Shown piece after piece: positions 55,964 to 64,000 of a stretch of DNA of 64,000 bases. Below the pieces are notes generated by a model, which saw only the letters and a program-made list of their open reading frames with translations, made no database searches and was not told the origin of the DNA. Every line of letters starts with the position of its first letter. The first letter of the stretch is position 1. The stretch spans positions 120-64,119 of the forward strand of contig JADHOF010000001.1 of NCBI GenBank assembly GCA_016779125.1, in the 5' to 3' direction. Source of the stretch: Verrucomicrobiia bacterium. Lineage in GTDB: Bacteria; Verrucomicrobiota; Verrucomicrobiia; Limisphaerales; JAYPXF01. Position numbers and translations under genes: made by a program.

Positions 55964-58279
55964 ATGACAGAGACTCCCGCCGTCACGCCCGCCGAAACAA
56001 CCCTGCCCCGGGCGCATTGGCGAATGTCCGCGCCGGCGGAGAATCATCTGCGCATTCAAACCGCGACCAAGGCGACGCATCATCGCAACCATTCCTGGGC
56101 CATCGAATTCATCGCTCAAACAGCTGAACCGCCTCAACCGGTCATTCGCTCCGAAAATCTGTCCGTCGAAACACCCGCCGCCGCCTGCAATCTCGATCCC
56201 AAAGCCGCCCGGTTGCAGCTGCGGTATCATGCGAGGCATCCGCCGCTGGCGATCGAATCAATCCGAACCGGCCCAAAAACATCCGTGTTCGAGATTCCCC
56301 TCGGCAAGGAGGACACGGTCTACGGTCTCGGGCAGGGCACGGGGACGCTGAACCGCCGCGGGCAGAAGAAGGAGCTTTGGAACATCGACGTGCTCGGACA
56401 CGCGTCCTGCATCCATCCCAACCTGCGGAGGCTCTACCAGTCGATTCCGTTCGTGATCATCCTGCGGGACGGATTCGCGACCGGTCTGTTTGTCGATGAT
56501 CCGGGCCGCCAGATCTGGGATCTTTCCGAAGACCGCGTGCGCGTCGAATCCCACTTCAAGGCCTTGGATCTGCATCTTTTCACGGGCCCGACCGTTCCTT
56601 CCGTCCTGGCGCAATGGACATTCGCGACCGGCCGCATGCCGATGCCGCCGCGATGGGCCTTGGGCTATCATCAATCTCGCTACAGCTACGGAAGCCGGGA
56701 AGAACTGGAGAAGATCGCATCCGAGTTTCGGCAGCGAAAAATCCCGTGCGACGGACTGCACCTCGATATCGGTCACATGGACGGCTACAGAGTGTTCACA
56801 TTCGGCAAAGCCTTTCCAAAGCCGAAGGAGATGCTCGCCGGACTCGCGGCCGACGGCTTCAAGGTGTCCGCCATTGTTGATCCCGGAGTAAAGGACGAGC
56901 CAAAGTTCCCCGTCCGCCAGCGGGGCCTCGCCGCGAACGCGTTCGTCAAATCCCGCTCGGGCGGAAACCAACGAGGCAAGGTTTGGGCGGATCGCTCGCT
57001 GTTTCCTGACTTCTTCTCAGCAACAGCGCGGGCGTGGTGGGGCAGCGAGCAGGCCCGATTTCAAAAGCTGGGTCTGGCCGGTTTTTGGAATGACATGAAC
57101 GAGCCCGCGATCTTCGACGGTCCCGGCAAGACGCTGCCCGAGGATTCCGTGCATCAAACCGACAACGGGCGCCACCGTCATTGCGAACTTCACAATGCCT
57201 ACGGCACCCAGATGGCCGCCGCGTCGCGGGCGGGGGCCTTGCTGCACGATCCCGATGCCCGACCGTTCATTCTTTCGCGCGGAGGCTGGGCAGGCATCCA
57301 ACGTCATTCCGCCGTGTGGACCGGTGACAACAGCTCGTGCTGGGAACACCTTGCCGAATCAATCCCGATGTTGCTCAACCTCGGGCTCAGCGGCGTTCCT
57401 TTTTGCGGAGCCGACGTCGGCGGATTCCTCGACGATTGCACCGGCGAGCTGTTGGTGCGATGGACGCAGCTCGGCGCCTTCACACCCTTCTTCCGGAATC
57501 ATTGCAACAACGATTCACGCCGACAGGAACCCTGGACTTTCAGCCCGGAGGTCGAATCGATCTGCGGGGCGTTCATTTCCCTCCGCTACCAGTTGATGCC
57601 CTATCTTTATGCCCAATTCGCCCGGGCAAAGCGGGACGGCACACCGATCATGCGTCCCCTGCTCTGGCAATGGCCGACGGATCCGATCGCCGCCCGCTGC
57701 TCAGATCAGTTTCTGCTCGGCCCCGACCTGATGATCGCACCGATCTTACAAGCGGATGCCGCCGCGCGCTGTGTCTACCTGCCCGCCGGCACCTGGCATT
57801 CCTTCCTCACCGGCGAAACCTTCGAAGGAGGACAACACATCGCCCAGCCGGTTTCCCTGGCAGGCATTCCGATCTACGTCCGGGGCGGCGGACTCATCCC
57901 GATGGTACCGCCGCGCCAGTTCATCGATCACCGGGAGTCGGATGAGGAGATCCTGCTGCACGTCTACCTGGGCGGGCGGGGACACTTGGACTGGCACGAA
58001 GACGACGGGTGGTCGACCCGATCAAAACGTAAGCACACCCATTCGCGGATCATCGAGCTGACCGACCTGGGAGATCGAGGGTTCCTGCGCTTCGGTTCAT
58101 CCGAGGGCGGTCGAAAAAGCTCGGTCAAACTCTGGCACATCGCGCTTCACTGCATGGACGAGGCGTTTTCATTTACCGCCAACGGCAACGAATTCGAGCC
58201 CCAGTTCGACGAGGAGGACGGCAGTGTCCGCTTCGCTTTGGAGAATCACGGTGAAGAGTTCGAAATCCGCTGGGAATGA
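55964..58279 (+). CDS. Glycoside hydrolase family 31 (alpha-glucosidase-like)
   Basis: GFWNDMNEP catalytic signature and WTGDN. The start is uncertain (55913, 55964 or later). Confidence 0.85.
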   Translation: MTETPAVTPAETTLPRAHWRMSAPAENHLRIQTATKATHHRNHSWAIEFIAQTAEPPQPVIRSENLSVETPAAACNLDPKAARLQLRYHARHPPLAIESIRTGPKTSVFEIPLGKEDTVYGLGQGTGTLNRRGQKKELWNIDVLGHASCIHPNLRRLYQSIPFVIILRDGFATGLFVDDPGRQIWDLSEDRVRVESHFKALDLHLFTGPTVPSVLAQWTFATGRMPMPPRWALGYHQSRYSYGSREELEKIASEFRQRKIPCDGLHLDIGHMDGYRVFTFGKAFPKPKEMLAGLAADGFKVSAIVDPGVKDEPKFPVRQRGLAANAFVKSRSGGNQRGKVWADRSLFPDFFSATARAWWGSEQARFQKLGLAGFWNDMNEPAIFDGPGKTLPEDSVHQTDNGRHRHCELHNAYGTQMAAASRAGALLHDPDARPFILSRGGWAGIQRHSAVWTGDNSSCWEHLAESIPMLLNLGLSGVPFCGADVGGFLDDCTGELLVRWTQLGAFTPFFRNHCNNDSRRQEPWTFSPEVESICGAFISLRYQLMPYLYAQFARAKRDGTPIMRPLLWQWPTDPIAARCSDQFLLGPDLMIAPILQADAAARCVYLPAGTWHSFLTGETFEGGQHIAQPVSLAGIPIYVRGGGLIPMVPPRQFIDHRESDEEILLHVYLGGRGHLDWHEDDGWSTRSKRKHTHSRIIELTDLGDRGFLRFGSSEGGRKSSVKLWHIALHCMDEAFSFTANGNEFEPQFDEEDGSVRFALENHGEEFEIRWE

Positions 58280-58321
58280 ATTTAGCTATTCACGACCGGA
58301 GCCGATTTCTATCTTCACCCC

Positions 58322-58801
58322 ATGGATGAGCTTTTGAAACTACTGCGACGGGATTCCTCGCTGACTCCCGACCAGATCGCGCCGATGCTCGGCATGTCGG
58401 AGAGCGACGTCACCTCCAAGATTCGGACATTGGAGGAGAACCATACGATCCTCGCCTATCACGCCGTGTTGAATGAGGAAAAGCTGGACGTGGACGAGGT
58501 GCGCGCGGTGATCGAGGTGAAAATCACACCCGAACGCAGCGGCGGCTTCGACCGCATCGCGGAGCGGATCGCCCGCTACAGCGAGGTCAGCGCGTGCTAT
58601 CTGATGTCCGGCGGTTACGACCTCATGGTCGTCGTCGAGGGCGACAATCTGAAGAAGGTCGCGGGTTTCGTGTCGGAGAAGCTCGCCACCATTCAAGGCG
58701 TCCTCTCAACGGCAACCCATTTCATGCTGAAGACCTACAAGCAGCAGGGTGTGCTCATGCACGGGGAGAAAAACGAGGAACGCCTCGCCGTCAGTCCTTG
58801 A
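58322..58801 (+). CDS. Lrp/AsnC-family transcriptional regulator
   Basis: N-terminal HTH (LTPDQIAPMLGMSESDVTSKIRTLEE) followed by a RAM/ACT-like domain. Confidence 0.9.
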   Translation: MDELLKLLRRDSSLTPDQIAPMLGMSESDVTSKIRTLEENHTILAYHAVLNEEKLDVDEVRAVIEVKITPERSGGFDRIAERIARYSEVSACYLMSGGYDLMVVVEGDNLKKVAGFVSEKLATIQGVLSTATHFMLKTYKQQGVLMHGEKNEERLAVSP

Positions 58802-60110
58802 TCCATTCGGCGATCGCGTCGATCACATCCCCGGCCACGTGCCCCGCCGTCTCATACTCGAACGGCGTGCTCCGTCCCGTGCCAGAAATCATAAGGTGAT
58901 TCAACGCGGGAAAGCTCCTGGCTGTAACGTTGGGCCGGCCGGCCAGCCCGGCCTTCCACAGCTCGAAGTCTTTCATCGGGACCTGATAATCGCGCTCACC
59001 GTGCAGAATCAGGATCGGTCCCGAAAAGGCCTCGAGCGTCTTGACCGGATCGTAATCGCGCAGATCAAACCAATAGGACATCGGTGCCCCGAGAACGACC
59101 TCCCGGCTCTTCTCGTCCGCCGGCGACAATTCACGCACCCGGTCCGCCGCCAGCCTGAGTCCCTTCAAGCCCTCCTTGTCCCCGCCTTCCGACGAGAGAT
59201 ACTCGGTCTGATCCACGATCAGCTCCGGCAACGAGCGGACGTTTCCCGCCAATAGAATCAGCCCGGCGAGCCGTTTCGCACGAACCGCAATGCGCGGCCC
59301 AAGATGAGCGCCCAAACTGTGCCCCAACACGTGGACGCGTGATCGATCGACCTCGGCGCGACCTCCCAGAAACTCCGCCGCCAGCACGGCATCATCCACG
59401 GTTTCCTCCCTCACCGTCAGAGTTCGAAGCTGCGACATTTTGGCCTGATGGGCCTTGGTGCGTTTTTCATACCGAAACACCGCGATCCCGCGTCCCGCCA
59501 ATCCCCAGGCCAGATCGCGAAATGGCTTGTTCGCACCCACCGTCTCGTCGCGATCGTTCGGCCCCGATCCGTGGACCAGCACAAGGCTTGGCACATTGGT
59601 GACACCTTTCGGCAAAGTCAGCGTCCCATCCAACTCCCAACCCGGCTTGCCAAAGCGGACTTCCTGCTCATGGAACCGGGTCGCGTCGACATAGTCCGCC
59701 GGCTTCGCCTCTTCATGCCACGGCTGGAAGAACAAGCCCGTCACCTTGTCACCGGAATCAAAGACCACCTTGGCCTTCATGCCGCCTCGCTCGAATCCGA
59801 GCCCGATCCAGACAATCTCGTAGCCCGCCTGCCGGGCCTGACTCGTCCACAGTCTGTTTGTGAACGAACCCGCCTGCGCGACAAGTCCCTCCCAAACCTG
59901 CTTCAATCGCCCCTCGGATAACGACATCCTCATGATCAGGTTGAAGTCCTTGCGCGCGTCGGAAGCATTCCCGGCGGCCATCGCGTCCACCAACGCCGAC
60001 GCCCGCCGTTCCCGCTCCCGGGCGTCCCCACTCCCGGGATCACTCTTGCAACCACCGGCCGCGAACAATGCCAGGAGCAAAGCGAGGCCAATTCCATTTC
60101 GGTTTCTCAT
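58791..60110 (-). CDS. Lipoprotein alpha/beta hydrolase with a DUF3887-like N-terminal domain
   Basis: Lipobox LALLLALFAAGGC at the ATG 60110 start, and the GHSLGA nucleophile elbow. The ORF-track start 60443 is rejected. Confidence 0.8.
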   Translation of the reverse strand: MRNRNGIGLALLLALFAAGGCKSDPGSGDARERERRASALVDAMAAGNASDARKDFNLIMRMSLSEGRLKQVWEGLVAQAGSFTNRLWTSQARQAGYEIVWIGLGFERGGMKAKVVFDSGDKVTGLFFQPWHEEAKPADYVDATRFHEQEVRFGKPGWELDGTLTLPKGVTNVPSLVLVHGSGPNDRDETVGANKPFRDLAWGLAGRGIAVFRYEKRTKAHQAKMSQLRTLTVREETVDDAVLAAEFLGGRAEVDRSRVHVLGHSLGAHLGPRIAVRAKRLAGLILLAGNVRSLPELIVDQTEYLSSEGGDKEGLKGLRLAADRVRELSPADEKSREVVLGAPMSYWFDLRDYDPVKTLEAFSGPILILHGERDYQVPMKDFELWKAGLAGRPNVTARSFPALNHLMISGTGRSTPFEYETAGHVAGDVIDAIAEWIKD

Positions 60111-60589
60111 GGTTTTTCCAAGCTTCCAAACAAGTTTTCCACCGCGCCGATCGTCTTTCTTCGTTGCGCCCTGGCAATGATCGGCAAAAGCACAAGCCAA
60201 ACCAACAGATTGACCGCAAGAGCTCCCGTCACGCCCGCGAAATAGTGCCAGATCCAACCGTTCGGAAACGATCGGGCCGGAACGAGAATCGGAAGGACCG
60301 AAAACACGATCACGAGCGACGCGAACACCCAGGCAAGCACCCGAACGAACAATCGGGTAACCTCCCCCATTCGCGCGGCCATGTACAGCCCGTCGCTCTC
60401 CACGCGAATCTCGGCGCTCGTGATGTTGAGCAAGGGGTTCCATCTCGTTGAATTCATCCCCGGGCCGACGACGCGCAACAGGTGGTCGTTTTGATCTTCA
60501 ATTCGAAAATTCATTCCGACAAGTCGTTCGGCCAACATCCTCAACGCCCGCTTGGGCGACCCGCATAAAAAGGTGTTCTCGTAATCCAT
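60107..60589 (-). CDS. Hypothetical membrane protein (about 85 aa soluble at the N-terminus plus 2-3 TM helices)
   Basis: ORF with hydrophobic helices. ATGA overlap with the downstream hydrolase, 4 nt after the RHH gene. Confidence 0.5.
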   Translation of the reverse strand: MDYENTFLCGSPKRALRMLAERLVGMNFRIEDQNDHLLRVVGPGMNSTRWNPLLNITSAEIRVESDGLYMAARMGEVTRLFVRVLAWVFASLVIVFSVLPILVPARSFPNGWIWHYFAGVTGALAVNLLVWLVLLPIIARAQRRKTIGAVENLFGSLEKP

Positions 60590-60593
60590 ACGC

Positions 60594-60761
60594 TCAATCC
60601 TCCTCCGTGTTCTCGCGTTTGCGTTTCGCGACGGCCCGCTTCAGAATGAACTCAATCTGCCCGTTCACGCTCCGCAGCTCGTCCTCGGCCCAGCGTTCGA
60701 GCTCTTTCCACAGCTTTGGATCCATCCGCAGCAGAAAGGATTTCTTTCCCGGCGAAGCCAT
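60594..60761 (-). CDS. Arc/MetJ-type ribbon-helix-helix DNA-binding protein (55 aa, not in the supplied ORF track)
   Basis: My own translation is MASPGKKSFLLRMDPKLWKELERWAEDELRSVNGQIEFILKRAVAKRKRENTEED*. It shows the beta-strand / helix / S.N..I..IL helix pattern of Arc-like RHH proteins. It starts 1 nt after the SPFH stop. Confidence 0.6.
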   Translation of the reverse strand: MASPGKKSFLLRMDPKLWKELERWAEDELRSVNGQIEFILKRAVAKRKRENTEED

Positions 60762-60762
60762 C

Positions 60763-61704
60763 TCAATGATGAAGCGTCCCTGTATTGATCACCGGAGTCA
60801 CCTCACTGTCCCCACACAACACCACCAGCAGATTGCTGACCATCGCGGCTTTTCGATCCTCGTCGAACTCGACAACCTTTTTGGCGTCCAGTTCCTTCAA
60901 CGCCTGCTCCACCATTGAAACGGCACCGTGCACGATTTTGGAACGGGCCGCGATGATCGCCTCCGCCTGCTGGCGCCGCAACATCGCCTGGGCAATCTCA
61001 GGCGCGTAAGCCAGGTGCATCAGACGAGCCTCATCGACCAACACGCCTGCCCTTCCCAGCCGCACCTGCAATTCCTCCTTCAACGCCAGCATCACCTCCT
61101 CGCCCCCACCACGAAGCGTAAGTTCATTCTCCTCCCCGTGATCATAGGCATAGCTGCTCGCAAGATGCCGGATGGCCGATTCACTCTGAATGCGGACGTA
61201 GCTCTGGTAGTCATCGACGTCGAACATGGCCTGCGCGAGATCCTTCACGCGCCACACCACGACGGCCGCGATCTCGATCGGATTTCCCTGACGATCGTTC
61301 ACCTTGATCACGTCGCTCTGGAAGTTCCGCGTTCGCATGGAAACTTTCGTGTGCAATTTTGCATAGAACGGATTGGCCCAATGAAATCCGCTCCCGAACA
61401 CGGTCCCCTTGTAGGAACCAAACAACACCTGCACCCGTCCCTCGTTGGGCTGCAGCGTGAAGTGTCCGACCAGCATGACGATTCCGGAGGCGAGACCGAA
61501 CAGACCCGCGAAAAGCAAAAACACGCCAAACCCTTTTGATCCACCGCGCTCAGCTAGCACGGTAATCCCGCCGATCATGGTCGCGACGCTGCCGAGAAGG
61601 AACAGGATGTTGACCGGCAACATCAACCATCCGCTGGCGGCACCGATGATTCGATCATGATGTGAGGTATCGTTCTTATCACTCATCTGGGGTGTTGTTT
61701 TCAT
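60763..61704 (-). CDS. SPFH/Band-7 (stomatin/prohibitin-like) membrane protein
   Basis: Two N-terminal TM helices followed by an SPFH core (VQVLFGSYKGTV...VNDRQGNPIEIAAVVVWRV). Confidence 0.85.
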   Translation of the reverse strand: MKTTPQMSDKNDTSHHDRIIGAASGWLMLPVNILFLLGSVATMIGGITVLAERGGSKGFGVFLLFAGLFGLASGIVMLVGHFTLQPNEGRVQVLFGSYKGTVFGSGFHWANPFYAKLHTKVSMRTRNFQSDVIKVNDRQGNPIEIAAVVVWRVKDLAQAMFDVDDYQSYVRIQSESAIRHLASSYAYDHGEENELTLRGGGEEVMLALKEELQVRLGRAGVLVDEARLMHLAYAPEIAQAMLRRQQAEAIIAARSKIVHGAVSMVEQALKELDAKKVVEFDEDRKAAMVSNLLVVLCGDSEVTPVINTGTLHH

Positions 61705-61716
61705 TATGCAATCAAA

Positions 61717-61726
61717 GTGATATCAC
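61717..61726. promoter_or_regulatory. Perfect 10-bp palindrome GTGATATCAC in the AT-rich leader of the SPFH operon (candidate operator)
   Basis: Read directly. It lies 13 nt upstream of the SPFH start codon, in the only AT-rich intergenic stretch of this region. Confidence 0.25.
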
Positions 61727-61785
61727 CTTATTACAAAACCCGCAAGTGAACAATTTGCTGGATTTCTCCCTGATGCGTGAGGCGC

Positions 61786-63324
61786 CTACTTTTTCGACGG
61801 GGCCAATGCCCTGTTTGGTTGGATTTCCGTTTTCGGCTGGTTATTCCTGCCGACGTCGAATTTCTTTTCTTCCTCGAGGTTGTCGACCACTTCTGCCCGA
61901 AGTTCCTTACGCCAGTCTTCCGGCAGGCCGAGCGCAATGCGAAGACGCTCGGCCATCAAGTCGTTGAACATTCCCTGACCGCTGAGGCAGTTCACCAGAA
62001 CGGCGGTACGAATCTGTTCGTAGCTGGAAAGTCCCTGAACGGTCTTCATGTAATCGGACAGCAGTCGCTTGTGATAGGCGTCGTAGGCTTTCTTCGCGAA
62101 CTTGGCGTGCCCTTGCGCCCGTTCCCCGTCACCGAGCGCCAAGTAGTAGAACGACTTGCCGAGATACGCCTCGACGATGGCCTTATTCTTATAGGGTGTG
62201 GCGGAGTTGACCTGCTTCTGGATCCGAAGCAGCACAAAGTCTTCCAACGGCATGTCCCTCACCCAGGTATGCCCCTCAGGAAAATGGGTCCGCAAATACT
62301 CGTACCACATCTTGGCGTCCTCGACGCGGTTGTGAAGGTATAGGAAGTAGACCGCGTCGTGCAGAAAGAATTCCTGTCCTCTCCCCACGTAATCGTCCTT
62401 TTCCGGAACCAGCTTCTTGATCTTCTCGTAGGTCATGTTGACCTTTTCAATGATCTTGATGTTCGGACTGAACTCCACCTGCCCCGTGTGCGGATTTGCG
62501 TCAACCGTGCCCCGCTGGAAGGCTGAAAGCATGGACTGCCACAGAATCCGGTAGATCACGATCGGATCGCCCGTCTTGGCCCGCTTCATCCCCACAACTG
62601 ACCAGTAAATCGCATGGGTCTCAGGTAGGCGCCAATCAAGTGGTCCAAACTCGTTGTCCGTCTCCCGAACAATCTCAACCTCCATCTTGAACGAGTTGGT
62701 CAACAAAGAGGCCATCCTGCGATCCTGATCCGTCTTCGGATTCAGGAATCGCTCATAATCGGGCCGCCCGTCAGGAAACACCTCGTTCATCCAGCCAAAG
62801 AAAACGCGCTTGTAGGCGAAGTGTGTCCGATCCCCAAATCGGCCGATCTTGTCGAAGAACAGCCAGCCCAGCTCGCGGTACATCTCGGTGTCCGTCGGAT
62901 TGTATCGAAGCCCGTCGTCCCGGAGCATCTTGATCCCGCTCCAAACCCATCGCCAACGATCCGCCGGGTCATCAAATGTCCGAGAGATATTGTAGGACAT
63001 GTTCCAAGCCTGGAAGCGCCAGACAGGGGTGAATGTCGGCTGAAGCTTCGTGATCCAATCGCCAAGCGTCAGCGTTTCGAAATACTTTCCTTCCTGCTGA
63101 AGCTGGTTCGATCGCAGAAACAGAAAGTTCACGATCAGTCCGCGAAACCCGCCCAAGGCGACCGTTGAGAAGGCAAGGACAGGCGGCGCGTTTTCCAATG
63201 GCTCCAACCGGGTCAGGCCAAGCGTTTCGCGTTGGTTGTTCAACCCTTGCTGGTTCCAGGAATTGACCGTCAAGGCAAGCACCGCCAAGACCATCAGGAT
63301 CTTCTTGTAATGGCGTCCTGTCAT
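61786..63324 (-). CDS. Paralogue of the 'ALGGFRGL' helical protein (no FKBP domain)
   Basis: It aligns by eye with 52941-54806 over about 480 aa (LAFSTVALGGFRGLIVNFLFLRS...GDWITKLQPTFTPVW...LRDDGLRYNP...GPLDWRLPETHAIYW). Confidence 0.7.
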   Translation of the reverse strand: MTGRHYKKILMVLAVLALTVNSWNQQGLNNQRETLGLTRLEPLENAPPVLAFSTVALGGFRGLIVNFLFLRSNQLQQEGKYFETLTLGDWITKLQPTFTPVWRFQAWNMSYNISRTFDDPADRWRWVWSGIKMLRDDGLRYNPTDTEMYRELGWLFFDKIGRFGDRTHFAYKRVFFGWMNEVFPDGRPDYERFLNPKTDQDRRMASLLTNSFKMEVEIVRETDNEFGPLDWRLPETHAIYWSVVGMKRAKTGDPIVIYRILWQSMLSAFQRGTVDANPHTGQVEFSPNIKIIEKVNMTYEKIKKLVPEKDDYVGRGQEFFLHDAVYFLYLHNRVEDAKMWYEYLRTHFPEGHTWVRDMPLEDFVLLRIQKQVNSATPYKNKAIVEAYLGKSFYYLALGDGERAQGHAKFAKKAYDAYHKRLLSDYMKTVQGLSSYEQIRTAVLVNCLSGQGMFNDLMAERLRIALGLPEDWRKELRAEVVDNLEEEKKFDVGRNNQPKTEIQPNRALAPSKK

Positions 63325-64000
63325 GACCCCCCTCCCTGCAGGCCCGCCAATTCCCGCCGATTAAAAAGATAGATTCCGCTCACCGCCATCAGTCCGCCCA
63401 GCAGAAAGACCTGTTTCAGAAAAGCCCCTCCAACCGTGCCCCAGGAAACACTTCTGCCCACACTCAAGTCCGAGATGGGGGACGCCCCTTGGGCGAGACT
63501 CACGATTTTGTGAAGCCCCTTGAAGATTGGCAGGATATAGGGGTCGATGACCGCCGTGGTCCGTTTGCCGGTTTCGTCATCAATGTCCCCGATCGTCCTC
63601 TGTTCGACAATCGTCGTAAGCAGGCCTCCCGACATGAAGACGATGAGAATTGTGATCGTGAGGAAGGAGGCGACGGGCAGGGTCAAAAAGGCCGAGGCCG
63701 CCAACCCCACAGCCGCAACAGTCGCGAGCCAGAACAGAATCACAAGCAGGCCGCGCAAATAGTTCACCTCGAACGACCCCTGCGGATAGAGAACCTCCAA
63801 CTGATCGGTCAACGGAAACCGCAGCGTTCCCCGGCTGTAATTCCAAGCCTCGAGGCGCAACACGCCGTCCTTGGTAATCGCCTTTCCCGGAATCTCGATC
63901 TCGCGATAGGCGTTATGAATCATCTCCACCTCACGGGCATAGTAGCCTCCACCCCCGTCCGCATCCCCAGCGACCCACCGGACCGTGTAGACCTGATTGT
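63321..64000 (-). CDS. Paralogue of the ABC-2-like membrane protein 51553-52944 (5' end outside window)
   Basis: The frame stays open upstream of ORF-track GTG 63929 to the window edge. The C-terminus LSVGRSVSWGTVGGAF...FNRRELAG matches LSLGRSVSWTQVAAAF...FSRRELAN. Confidence 0.65.
   Translation of the reverse strand, partial: NQVYTVRWVAGDADGGGGYYAREVEMIHNAYREIEIPGKAITKDGVLRLEAWNYSRGTLRFPLTDQLEVLYPQGSFEVNYLRGLLVILFWLATVAAVGLAASAFLTLPVASFLTITILIVFMSGGLLTTIVEQRTIGDIDDETGKRTTAVIDPYILPIFKGLHKIVSLAQGASPISDLSVGRSVSWGTVGGAFLKQVFLLGGLMAVSGIYLFNRRELAGLQGGGS

Noticed and set aside
60448-60918. A 156-aa ORF on the + strand
   Set aside because: It spans three tightly packed minus-strand genes (membrane protein start, RHH, SPFH end) and has no motifs.
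1-64000. CRISPR arrays, rRNA, tRNA, IS elements
   Set aside because: I saw no regularly spaced direct repeats, no rRNA- or tRNA-like sequences and no transposase-like ORFs on reading through the window. A dedicated scan was not possible.

Overview
This is a high-GC, gene-dense chromosomal segment with about 52 supportable protein-coding genes. I recognised no rRNA, tRNA, CRISPR array, IS element or prophage by eye. The gene content points to the PVC superphylum, most likely Verrucomicrobiota, less likely Planctomycetota. The evidence is a DUF1592/DUF1552 pair, PSCyt-type cytochrome domains, a PVC-type haem-binding CxxCH dehydrogenase, a prepilin-like protein, Tat-signal Gfo/Idh/MocA, and many 4-nt ATGA start/stop overlaps. 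Housekeeping genes include purE, trpS, ilvE, ftsB, a Xer recombinase, an L,D-transpeptidase and mcsA-mcsB-clpC. Accessory and envelope content includes a MacAB-like efflux set, a kexin-like S8 protease, GH31 and several alpha/beta hydrolases.

The candidates I consider most worth a second look are these:
(1) 15.4-23.2 kb: a large outer-membrane barrel sits 1 nt upstream of a 1326-aa protein with ten CxxCH motifs fused to an LVIVD-like beta-propeller. A secreted NHL propeller follows, and a divergent tandem-DUF336 (HbpS/GlcG-like) protein plus an orphan membrane histidine kinase lie on the other side.
(2) 48.2-55.2 kb: an ABC-2-type module is bracketed by two different PPIase families and contains an uncharacterised 'ALGGFRGL' protein. 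The core pair of this module recurs as a more AT-rich paralogous copy at 61.8-64.0 kb.
(3) 58.8-61.7 kb: an SPFH / 55-aa RHH / membrane protein / lipoprotein hydrolase operon. The RHH gene is absent from the supplied ORF track.

All functional calls rest on motif recognition in the translated ORFs. No database search or computation was run.
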